From positions 74,524,001 through 74,588,000 of the forward strand of contig NC_043007.1 in NCBI RefSeq assembly GCF_006345805.1: a stretch of 64,000 nucleotides of DNA, written 5' to 3'. The notes below the pieces were generated by a model that ran no database searches, had not been told where the DNA came from, and saw only the letters and a list, made by a program, of their open reading frames with translations. Below, in pieces: positions 41,931 through 53,171 of this stretch. Made by a program: the position numbers and the translations under genes. Each line of letters starts with the position of its first letter. The first letter of the stretch is position 1. This DNA is from Octopus sinensis. Lineage: Eukaryota.

Positions 41931-42319
41931 GTTTAAAGTGTATTGGAGAGTTGATCTACAAAACCATCTCGATAAACACAGAAAAAAAAAACAAGCAACG
42001 GCCGAGGGGAAAAGAATAACAAAATGAAACGGAAACAAAATGAATCATATTAACGTCTGAAGGTTAAAAGGTTAACAGCCTGACGCCTGCATCCGTGACT
42101 GTGAAAAAAATATGTGTGACGAATGGGTTAAATCCCTCCATTGTTTTATGGTACGTGGTCATGTGGTAAGAAGCTTGCTTCGCAACCATATGGTTCAGGT
42201 TTCAATCACACTGCGTGGCACCTTGGGCAACTGTTTTGTACTATAGCTTCGGGCCGACCAAAGCCTTGTGAATGGATTTGGTAGAGGGAAACTAAAAGAA
42301 GTTCGTCATATATATATAT

Positions 42320-42690
42320 ATCGTCTGCCGATGAAGGCATTTTTTCCAAATACGCCAGCTAAACTTGTTTTACTGTTTATTAGTCGTAAGATATCCGCTG
42401 TTTTTTGTCCTGTTTTTACCATTATTGTTTTTTGTATTTTATATTCGTGTGGCATCGTCCGTTTTTCTGTCCCTGTTTCGTATACATTCGATCCTTCTTC
42501 CAAGAAATCTAATGCTCGTAGCTTAGTTTTTCCTTGGGGCTGGCCGGATCGGAGCGATCTCAAGTAATCAGCCGAAATGCTAGGATGATCCGGTTCTTGA
42601 CTGAAGATTGAAGGCTTCGAATGTCCCGTCCGTGATTTTTGTATCATCTTCTAAATGTTTTACGTTCCTGTCCCAGTTTGTATTTTTCTA
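42320..42690 (+). mobile_element. Interspersed repeat, probably Penelope-like; inverted sister copy at ~44925-45240
   Basis: gatccggttcttgactgaagattgaag..cttcgaatgtcccgtcc is matched in reverse at ~44980-45025. Confidence 0.55.
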
Positions 42691-42695
42691 CATAT

Positions 42696-42739
<44 letters not shown>

Positions 42740-43220
42740 TATATATATCTATATATATATATAATATATATATGTATGTATATGTATGTTTGTATGTATG
42801 TATGTATGTATGTATGTATGTATGTATGTATGTATGAATGTATGTATGTATTCTTCACCACTACCGATTGATAACGAGTGTTGGTGTGTTTACGTTCTCG
42901 TAAACTAGCGGTTCGGCAAAAAGGCCGATAGAATAAGTACGAGGCTTAATAAAAACATAAGTTTTGTGATTAATTCATTCATCTAAAAATTGTTCTAGGC
43001 GGTGCTCCAGCATGACCGCAGTCTATTGACTGAAGCAAGTAAAAGAAACATGAATATTATGTATGTACATACGTACATATGTATGTGTTTGTGTGTGCTT
43101 GTGTGTATGTGTGTGTGTGTGTGTGCTTGTGCTTGTGTGTGTGTGTGTGTGTTTGTGCCGGTGCGTGTGTATGTGTGCGGGCGCGTATTGAAAAGGTGGC
43201 ACACAAGGTTGACCAAGAAA

Positions 43221-43274
<54 letters not shown>

Positions 43275-43488
43275 GTGTGTTTAGGTATTTGTGAACCACC
43301 AGGGATCTTTCTCTAGTACTAATATTAACCTTTGTCATGGACCTTTGACATTTGACATAGACTTTTGATCTTTGATATGGATGTTTGACTTCTTACATGG
43401 ACCTATGGCCTTTGACGTAAATATGTGACCCTAGGGACCCCGGCTGAGAACCGCTGATCTAAGTAATACTCTTTACTCTCTTTTACTT

Positions 43489-43588
43489 NNNNNNNNNNNN
43501 NNNNNNNNNNNNNNNNNNNNNNNNNNNNNNNNNNNNNNNNNNNNNNNNNNNNNNNNNNNNNNNNNNNNNNNNNNNNNNNNNNNNNNNN
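43489..43588. other. Assembly gap (100 N)
   Basis: Direct read. Confidence 0.99.
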
Positions 43589-43824
43589 AAAAAAAAATTA
43601 CCATCATTTTTTTATTCCATTTTAATGCATTTTTCGCTATTATATAAGGGAAGTAACTCTCTAAAAATGTCTACGATGAGTCACGATTTAAAAAAGAAAT
43701 TACTATCATTTTTTATCCATCTTTAATTGCATTTTTTGCTCTTTTTTTGCTATAACTCACTAAAAATGCTTATATAGTTATTTCCCTTAAAAAAACCGGA
43801 GCAACGCCGGGCGATACTGCTAGT
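43589..43824 (+). mobile_element. Helitron-like 3' end
   Basis: Hairpin CCGG-agcaacg-CCGG (43796-43810) followed 9 nt later by CTAG|T (43820-43824). Confidence 0.65.
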
Positions 43825-43969
43825 AAAATATAAAATTGAAAACTTTAAATTATTTAAATTGAAAATAAAAATTATGAAATTATATTTATAATTTGTTTAA
43901 AAATATATATAACTATGAAAAAGTATGAAAAAGTTTAATATACATAAATACAGATATATACACTTTGTA

Positions 43970-44200
43970 TATATACATTATATATACATATTTATATATA
44001 GAACACACACACACACATACATTATATATACATATTTATATATAGAACACACACACACACATACATTATATATACATATTTATATATAGAACACACACAC
44101 ACATACATTATATATAATATTATATATAGAACACACACACCACACATACATTATATATACATATATATAGAACACACACACCACACACACACACACATAT
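43970..44200. repeat. ~42-bp minisatellite built from TA/CA motifs
   Basis: atatacatatttatatatagaacacacacacacacatacattat is repeated 3-5 times. Confidence 0.85.
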
Positions 44201-44640
44201 AAATGAACGCAAGAATATCTGATTCATAAATTTGTTCTCATGCTCGTGTGTTGATTGCTGGTGACAGACATATACTTCAAAGAACGCCGCCGAAGTGATA
44301 GGAAGGTAGGAAACAGAGTCAGTGAAAAAGAAAGGAAATAGCGATAGTGACAGATACTTTAAATACACGTAGTGGCATTCTGAAAGTATAAATGAAGAGG
44401 GTGACCGGTACTGGAGGAAATAGGGTGAGGTAGGAAGATGGCCCCTAGAAACCACAGCTTTTAAGATAGGGATTTCTAAGGTAGCCCACGCGCATCGTCA
44501 CCTCATTCTACATGTCCCTGTAAATTTTGGATCGAATCGGACGGAATGTAGTGGCATTGAAAGCGAACCAAGCGGTAAAAACGCAATTCAGTTTTATATA
44601 TAGAGATAAACGTATATAGATAAATAAATAAATAAATATA

Positions 44641-44750
44641 TATATCACGTTGAAAGCACCGGTTCTCATCTGATCACCGAAGTTAAGCAAAGTCGAGCCT
44701 AGTCAGAACTTAGATGGGTGACCGCTTGGGAAACCTAGGTGCAGTAAGCA
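44641..44750 (+). pseudogene. 5S rRNA: 5S rRNA-derived copy lacking its ~10 5' bases
   Basis: cacgttgaaagcaccggttctcatctgatcaccgaagttaagcaaagtcgagcctagtcagaacttagatgggtgaccgcttgggaaacctaggtgcagtaagc closely follows the metazoan 5S sequence, including box A/IE/box C. Solitary copy with several substitutions. Confidence 0.85.
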
Positions 44751-45812
44751 TAGCACATTGCATAAAGGCGGTGCTCCAGCATGGCCGCAGTCAAATTACT
44801 GAAACAAGTAAAAGAATAATAAAAGAATAAAAGAATATGTATGTATGTATGTATTGTAGTATATATAAATGGATATATATTTATATATATATATACATAT
44901 ATATATATAGATATGTAAATGTAAAAAAATACAAACTGGGACAAAACGTGAAACATTTAGAAGACGATACAAAAAACAAGGACGGGACATTCGAAGTCTT
45001 CAATCTTCAGTCAAGAACCGGATCATCTTCGCAATTTCGACTGATTAATCTTGAGATTGCTCCGATCTGGCCAGCCCCAAAGGAAAATCTAAGCCAAGCG
45101 CATTAGATTCCTTGGAAGAAAGCCTCGAATGTATACAAAACAAGGACGGAAAAACGGACGATGTTACACGAATAAAAATACAAAAATACGTAAAAACAAT
45201 AATGATTATAATAATAACAACAAAAACAGGGTGTCACAGACAAGCGTCTTATATGAATAATATAATACATCTAATATTATTAATAATAATTGATTATTGT
45301 GCAAGCTTACAAATGTAAATATGTATGTAAATTCAAGTGTATATATATGTATTTATGTATATTTATATATGTAATGCATATGTCTATGTATAAGTTTGTG
45401 AATGTGTGCGTATTTATTTAGAACTTAACCTTATGTACTTTCTAAAATCTCTGACGAAGCCTAGAGAAACGCCCAAGAACCTCAATTTCATCTACTTATT
45501 ACTTCAGTCTGCTGGAGGAATAAAGGTAGAATTAGGTATTTTTGCCTCTTGGCTGAAACAGCTGTAAGATATTTTTTCCCAATTTATATTCCTGTATGTT
45601 ATATTTTTAATAATGACTGGTATCCTTTCATATTAATATATTTTATATGTAAAGCATATGTTATACATGTATGTATGTATATTCTTGCAATTGTCATTTT
45701 AGTAAATAAATAAATAAGTTAACATAATATGTCTAAAAGTTGATGAACCACCTATTGTCCCCGCCATTTTCTTATTGCTCTCTCTCTATCTCTCTCTCTC
45801 TCTCTCTCTCTG

Positions 45813-45870
<58 letters not shown>

Positions 45871-46478
45871 TATATATTATGTGTGTGGTGTGGTGTGTAT
45901 GTGTGTGGTGTGTGTGTGTGTGTGTGTGTGGTGTGTGTGTATGTCTGCACGTGCATATATGAAATAAATGAATAAATAAAGAAAATAATGTAAAAACAAT
46001 GCAATAAGAGTAGACATGTGTTCAGATTAGCGGAGTTTACTTGCAAAGCTTCTTACGTCATAGAGAGAAATCTATCTGGTGCGAATAATTTAGTCAACCC
46101 CATTATAGAACCCAGCCTAGTCATTTTTAATGATTAGTATACATTAAGTATTATCAATAATCGGCTTTTTAATCTTTATTTTCAAATAATTTACCTACTT
46201 TTCAAGAGCGAATCTTCACCGTATTTTGTCACGCTATACAAATTAAATAATTGCCTTAATATAAGTAGATTCATTTACAATACGTATAAAGGAGTTCTAT
46301 GATAATAATAGTAATAATAGAGGTTTATAGTGTTTATCTAGAATAATTGGCGTGCAATAGCTTAGAGATTCTCAATCAATACCGAAAAAACAGTTCCTGA
46401 AATCATTTCAGATATAGCTTTACGAGCAGAGGTACCTGGAGCTTTTAGTTAAAAGAGCTAAAAGATTTCTTTTTGAAA

Positions 46479-46754
46479 ATGGCAGATTCGGTTTCTCTGA
46501 CAGTTCCTGAAGCCCCACGAAGAAAATCTTCCTCGCCACCAAAACTTGCTGGTGGTGGAGATACCAAACCAGTTTCCCCGTTTCAAATTTTGTCATTTAA
46601 AATGTTTATGGTTGTCATTTATCTCAGTATCGGTTTTGGACTTGCATTCTTTCTTGGCATCTATTACCTTTTTCTGTGGGAACCAGTACGAGGAAATTAC
46701 AGCCAACACCATATATATATCGGACATTCTTCAGCAGTATTCCACCCTCAATGA
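46479..46754 (+). CDS. inaF: InaF-motif small membrane protein 3 (91 aa)
   Basis: aaaATGg start; MADSVSLTVPEAPRRKSSSPPKL...FKMFMVVIYLSIGFGLAFFLGIYYLFLWEPVRGNYSQHH...; motif VVIY-x13-YYLFLWEP; candidate acceptor tcatttcag| at 46411 and donor AAG|GTTCGT at 46794/46795. Confidence 0.85.
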   Translation: MADSVSLTVPEAPRRKSSSPPKLAGGGDTKPVSPFQILSFKMFMVVIYLSIGFGLAFFLGIYYLFLWEPVRGNYSQHHIYIGHSSAVFHPQ

Positions 46755-46923
46755 AAGAAACATAAAAATCAAAGAAATTTAGACGCTAAGAAAGGTTCGT
46801 TGTTTTTTGAGTATTCTTCATGTTAACTTTTAAATTTAACCTACATGCTTAGAACCACTCACACACCCACGTTATAAATAAGTAAACTTGTATATGTGCT
46901 ATGTATGTATGTATGTATGTATG

Positions 46924-46954
<31 letters not shown>

Positions 46955-46979
46955 GTTTGCATGTATGTATGTGTGTCGT

Positions 46980-48158
46980 TATTCAGTTTTATTTCAAGAT
47001 TTATGCCAATAGAGAAAGAGCCGGTTTCTAACCGAGATCCAAGGCTCCTTCATAGGAATTTCAATATCAACCGGGTATTTTTGTAGGTGAGTATGTGTAG
47101 GGTTGCATATTTTGTTTTGTGTATTCTCATGCAGGTAGTTGCATGCTTCTGGATAGTTTTACTGATTTTTACAGTTCCACTACGTACGAACCTACGTATG
47201 CATGTATGTATGTATGTATGTATGTATGTATGTATGTATGTATGTATGTATGTATGTGATAAATTTTCACAATACGAACAGTTTTTACCCCAAAGATTCA
47301 TGACACTGTTTTTCAGATTATATTTTTTTAAATAGTTAATATCTTTTAAGAAAATCTTTCCTTCAATATTGTGAAAATTTTTTTGCAGAAACTTTTACAT
47401 ATATGATAATTTTCATCTACCAATAAATGTCAATGTTGTCCCATTCATGTTTTACAACTTCCCAAAATTGATCAGAGTTTGTCAGTTTACTTCCCACGAG
47501 TTTGTCCCCTGTACAACTCCAACTATTGTCTACAGGATTCAAATCCAGTCTCTGATCTGACTAAAATATAATTAACAGGCAGTTTTTCTAAAGGCATTTT
47601 TGTTTTTGTTCCGTTTATTGTTTAGAAAAAAAAACAAAAAAACACCTGCTTGTTGAAATAAGACTTCATTGGCACTCTTTTCTCCAGGAAATAATATTGC
47701 AACTTAGCTTGAAAAAGTAGTCCTCTCTCTAACAATTTTATGAATTCCAAGGCAGTAATTGATTTTTCACCAAGAACTGCAGATTTTTCACCAAGAACTG
47801 CACCATATCAGTTTTATTTCAAGATTTATGCCAATAGAGAAAGAGCCGGTTTCTAACCGAGATCCAAGGCTCCTTCATAGGAATTTCAATATCAACCGGG
47901 TATTTTTGTAGGTGAGTATGTGTAGGGTTGCATATTTTGTTTTATGTATTCTCATGCAGGTAGTTGCATGCTTCTGGATAGTTTTACTGATTTTTATAGT
48001 TCCACTACGTACGAACCTACGTATGTATGTATGTATGTATGTATGTATGTATGTATGTATGTATGTATGTATGTGATAAATTTTCACAATACGAACAGTT
48101 TTTACCCCAAAGATTCATGACACTGTTTTTCAAATTATATTTTTTTAAATAGTTAATA
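46980..48158 (+). repeat. Direct duplication (~360 bp; 46980-47340 and 47807-48158) flanking a Tc1 fragment
   Basis: Near-identical cagttttatttcaagatttatgccaatagag...aaatagttaatat blocks. Confidence 0.85.
47400..47790 (-). mobile_element. Tc1-like transposase C-terminal remnant
   Basis: Minus-strand LDLNPVDNSW..SDQFWEVVKHEWDNI, and VLFQQ upstream. Confidence 0.65.
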
Positions 48159-49203
48159 TGGCGGTGCCCCAGCATGGCCACAGCTCGTGAGCTGAAACTA
48201 GAATCAATCAATCATATCAAGATTCCAAAATTTCTATGCTTCATAGTCATTGAAATACAATTAACATAGAATATCAAACAAGGCAATGTTCACTAAAAGA
48301 CAGTATTCATAACAATCTTGGTTTATTGCTCCAGAAGACTCTGTAAAGCATTCCTGAATTTCAGTTACCATTCCTGGTAAAAAAACATGCCACTTTTCTT
48401 TAAATTTTCTGGATTAACAGAGATGTTGTAGCAAATAATTTACAGATAAAATCTACATCTTTAAGCCGTTTTACAATTATCTTTTTGGAGGCAGTTATAT
48501 TTCCAGCAGTTTCCTCTGAAAAACTAAGGCTTTCTGTCTCTATAGACTCATTTAGTTCCAACCCTGTCTAAATATTGTCATCCCTACAACAGAGCTAATT
48601 TCCTGGAAATATAGGTGCAGGCGTGCCTGTGTGCTTAGAAATTTACTTCCCAATTACATGGTTCCGGATTCAGTCGCACTGCGTATAACCTTGGACAAGA
48701 GTCTTCTACTATAGCCTCAGGTTGACCAAAGCCTTATGGGTGGATTTAGTAGACGGAAAGCAAAAGAAACCTATGGTATACACACCATATATATATGATG
48801 TGTGTTCGTTCGTGTGTGTGTGTGTGTCTTTGTGCATATGTTTGTCCCTCACCATCACTTGACAATCGTTTTAGTGTATTTATAAGTCCCCCGTAACTTA
48901 GCGTTTCGGCAAAGAAACCGATAGAATAAGTACCAGGTTCTACAACAAATAATAAGTTCTGGGGTCGATAAGTTCGATTTAAAATTCTTCAAAGTGGCAC
49001 CCTAGCATGGTTGCGGTCTACAGACCGAAACAAGTGAAAGATAAAAGATAAAGAGAAACCCATACTTTCTATGTTAAATAGAGAAATATGTATTTTGTTC
49101 TTTGTTAGCTTGTGCAGGGAGACCACTAAATATGTTGTGATTGCTTCAGAAAGAATTGTAATTGGATTCTTATTATCCACACCAACATGCAATTTCGTTT
49201 TCA

Positions 49204-49608
49204 TAGGCGTATGAGTGGCTGTGTGGTAAGTAGCTTGCTTACCAGCCACATGGTTCCGGGTTCAGTCCCACTGCGTGGCACTTTGGGCAAGTGTCTTCTA
49301 CTATAGCCTCGGGCCGACCAAAGCCTTGTGAGTGGCTTTGGTAAACGGAAACTGAAAGAAGCCCGTCGTATATATGTATATATATGTATGTATATGTGCG
49401 TGTATATGCTTGTGTGTCTGTGTTTGTGCCCCCAACATCGCTTGATAACCGCTAAGACAACCGTAATTTAGCGGTTCGGCAAAAGAGCCCGATAGAATAA
49501 GTACTAGGCTTACAAAGAATAAGTCCTGGGGTCAATTTGCTCGACTAAAGGCGGTGCTCCAGCATGGCCACAGTCAAATGACTGAAACAAGTAAAAGAGT
49601 AAAAGAGT
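49204..49608 (+). mobile_element. SINE family A, full length
   Basis: Head, core and tail all present. Confidence 0.85.
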
Positions 49609-49888
49609 ATATCTAACACAAACGGAAGATCTACCTTTATTTAGATAGTTAAGCTATAATTAGAGCTATTTATACACAACATTTGATGTAAAAACAAAAA
49701 TAACAACAACAAAAAATCTAGTATACTTCAATTTAAAAGAAACTTGAAAGTAAACTTAGTAATATTTAACCCTTTGCCTGTCCAAAGCATTTTTATAACT
49801 TTTTTCCGAGATGTCCAAGTTTGTTTCCATTTTATGTGTTAGTCCTTTGTTATATATATATATATATCTATATATATATATATATATC

Positions 49889-49922
<34 letters not shown>

Positions 49923-50051
49923 ATAGTGAGACTATCAGAATGATATCGACGCCTCTGATGGGAATCCAATAAGGTTCGAAAATCGATTAAGGTTGTTTGT
50001 CGGTTTTTTAGTCTACAGAGAAATGGCTAAAAATTTGCCCTGTTTATAATT

Positions 50052-50720
50052 ATACAAGATGGACAAAATTAGAGAACGTATGGTGTAAAATTCAAAAAAG
50101 TAAAATCTGGCAACACTCCGATCAATGTAAACTAATTTGACCTAACAGTGCAAAGATTTATATTGAACAATAGGGAATTAACAAACATGGAAAGCCGACG
50201 TAAAGTTGATGTAAGTCTCAGAAAGCGAGCGGTCAGTTTGTAAAAAGAAGGAATGGCAATTTCTGCTAGCCAGAGATATTAACAGATCAAAGAGTATTGT
50301 TTCATGAATACTCAAGCTTTATGAAACAAGCTCGTTTGTGTCATTAGAAAAACGAAAGAGACCATGGAAGACAAGTGCTTCGCAAGAGCCTGTGATTCAG
50401 CGGCTGTTATTAAGAGGCCGTTCGGATACTGCAGCAGGAATTTCTTGCCAAGTAAATCGTGATTACGGAATGAATATCTCTCGGAAGACTGTGGCTTGTC
50501 ATTTGAAGGAAGTCGGACTTTATGCTCATTCTCCTGCCACTAAACCTCTCATCAGTGTGAAAAACTGGAAAGCGAAGTTAGTATTTGCCAATGAGCACAT
50601 ACTTTGGACAAGCGACAACTGGTCGCATGTGTTCTTCAGTGACGAAAGCAAGTTCAATTTGGTTGGCTCTCGTGGTAGACAATATGTGAATCATCTTAAA
50701 AGTGAAAGATTGCTCCAGTT
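50052..50720 (+). mobile_element. 5' part of a Tc1-like transposon (truncated transposase)
   Basis: ISRKTVACHLKEVGLYAHSPATKPLISVKNWKAKLVFANEH..WSHVFFSDESKFNL..RGRQYV is the Tc1 HTH plus the first catalytic D (FSDESKF). Confidence 0.88.
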
Positions 50721-51137
50721 TTAATAACAGCCGCTGAATCACAGGTTCTTGCGAAGCACTTGTCTTCCATGGTCTCTTTCGTTTTTCTAATGACACAAAC
50801 GAGCTTGCTTCCTGATAAAGCTTGAGTATTCATGAAACAATACTCTTTGATCTGTTAATGTCTCTGGCTAGCAGAAATTGCCATTCCTTCTTTTTTCAAT
50901 CTGACCGCTCGCTTTCTGAGACTTACATCAACTTTACGTCGGCTTTCCATGATTGTTAATTTCCTACGGTTCAATATAAATCTTTGTACTGTTAGGTCAA
51001 CTTAGTTTACATTGATCGGAGTGTTGCAGATTTTACTTTTTTGAATTTTACACTATACGTTCTCTAATTTTGTCCATCTTATATAATTATAAATAGGGCA
51101 AATTTTTAGCCATTTCTCCGTAGACTAAAAAACCGAC

Positions 51138-51189
51138 AAACAGCCTTAATCGATTTTCGAACCTTACTGAGTTCTCATCAGAGGCGTCT
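51138..51189 (-). ncRNA. Type I hammerhead ribozyme (minimal, palindromic stem III)
   Basis: Minus strand reads agacGCCT-CTGATGA-GAAC-tcagtaag-GTTC-GAAA-ATCGAT-T-A-AGGC-t-gttt; core intact, stems I and II pair. Confidence 0.65.
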
Positions 51190-51209
51190 ATATCATTCTG
51201 ACATCTCAT

Positions 51210-51265
<56 letters not shown>

Positions 51266-51568
51266 CAAAGACTAACTAAAAAATTTGGAAACAAACTTGG
51301 ACATCTCGGAAAAAGTTATAAGAATGCTTTGGAAAGCAAAAGGTCAAATATTGCTAAGTTTATTTTTTGATTTCTTTCGCCATGATAGATCGCTAGCCAC
51401 TAAACATTTTCTATTTTCTCATCCTGTTTTTCTGTGTTCCTTTCTGTCGAAGAGCGTAGGCTCGAAACGTAAAAGACTTTCGCACTTCCCGAGCGTTAAA
51501 CACACCCGTCTTCGTCTTTTGTTTTTTTTCGTAAATGCTCACCATATATATATATATATATATATATA

Positions 51569-51618
<50 letters not shown>

Positions 51619-51876
51619 CCAAGAAAGTTAGAGGTTGTGAATCCAACCAACTAAGGGATAATATCTATCCAATATACTGCTGGTAGAATACCCAATTATC
51701 AATACACAAGTGTTTTTTCATTGCATGGTAATTACATTACCGAGTGTAATAAATGGGTGAGGGTAAAGAGTTATTTTATCATTAATTCATAGACCAATAA
51801 GAAAATGGAGGGGATCAATAGGTGATATTCATCAACTTTTAGACATTATATTATGTCAATTTATATATAAATATAG

Positions 51877-51964
51877 CAGTAATTATTAAAATATATTACA
51901 TATAGCAATAGAAATTGGGATCCCAATTTCTATTGCTATATGTAATATATTTTAATAATTACTG
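51877..51964. repeat. Perfect 88-bp palindrome with no spacer, centred on ggga|tccc
   Basis: 44-bp arms are exact reverse complements. Confidence 0.95.
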
Positions 51965-52462
51965 ATATATTTATATTTTATATATTATATATATATATAT
52001 ATATTATATATATATATATCTATATATATATATATATATATTAATAATATTATAAAACATAATATGTTATACATGTATGTATATTGTTATAATTGTCCTT
52101 TTTTGTAAATAAATAAATTGACATATGTTAATGTCTAAAAGTTGATGAATACCACCTATTGATCCCCTCCAGTTTCTTATTGCTCTCTCTCTCTCTCTCT
52201 CTCTCTCCTCATATATATATATATATTATATATATATATATATATATACATATATATACATATATTACATATATATATATAATATATACATATATATAAT
52301 ATATATATATATATATATAATATATATAATATATATACATACATACATTATATATATATATATATATATACATAATATATATATACATACATACATACAT
52401 TATATATAATATATATATTATATATATATATATATTATATATAATTATATATACATACATAC

Positions 52463-52520
<58 letters not shown>

Positions 52521-52538
52521 CATACATTATATACATAT

Positions 52539-53051
52539 ATAGAATGGTTGTATACTGTCAATCTAACGTGAACGTGACAGTAGGGGGTTATACCACCGCT
52601 GTTTAGCTCTAGGAAGCATCGACGCCTCCTGATGGCTTTGACACATTTTTCCTGTGTCCTTATATACATTTACGAAGGGGAGACAAACACCCCAAGCAGC
52701 CAGGCCTGCATCTAGAGAGATTTAAAAATTTAATATTTCTGATTTTGGTAATCAGTGAATAAACTTCACTGAAATTAGATATATACATTTGCGAGTCGAG
52801 GCAGATATCAACAGCTGACGGGCGTCTGCTACTCTACACCGATGAAGGACAATGATCCTGAAACATGCGTGTCTCTAGATGCAGGCCTGGCTGCTGGGGG
52901 TGTTTGTCTCCCCTTCGTAAATGTATATAAGGACACAGGAAAAATGTGTCAAAGCCATCAGGAGGCGTCGATGCTTCCTAGGGCTAAACAGCGGTGGTGT
53001 AACCCTCTACTGTCACGTTCACGTTAGATTGACAGTATACAACCATTCTAT
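52539..53051. mobile_element. Penelope-like repeat with inverted ~180 bp arms and a hammerhead-like motif at 52826-52884
   Basis: 52539-52718 is the reverse complement of 52872-53051; ccGATGA-a-GGA-caatga-TCC-t-GAAAC-A-tgcg-T-GTC. Confidence 0.65.
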
Positions 53052-53109
53052 CGCCCCACCACCGTACATATCTCTATGAGAGATTTAGAAATTTAATATT
53101 TACACACAA

Positions 53110-53171
<62 letters not shown>

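Larger units (their letters stand above)
49751..51362. repeat. Large fold-back duplication (arms 49751-50413 and 50721-51362; 307 bp spacer)
   Basis: The right arm is the reverse complement of the left, with scattered substitutions. Confidence 0.9.

Noticed and set aside
43325-43460. Short GACCTTTGAC-like repeats resembling a CRISPR array or nuclear-receptor site array
   Set aside because: Irregular spacing, no unique spacers or cas genes, eukaryotic context; adjoins a hAT-like MITE end (gagaaccgctgatcta)
48240-48610. Coding-like minus-strand fragments
   Set aside because: Broken by stops, no confident family match; probably another decayed transposase
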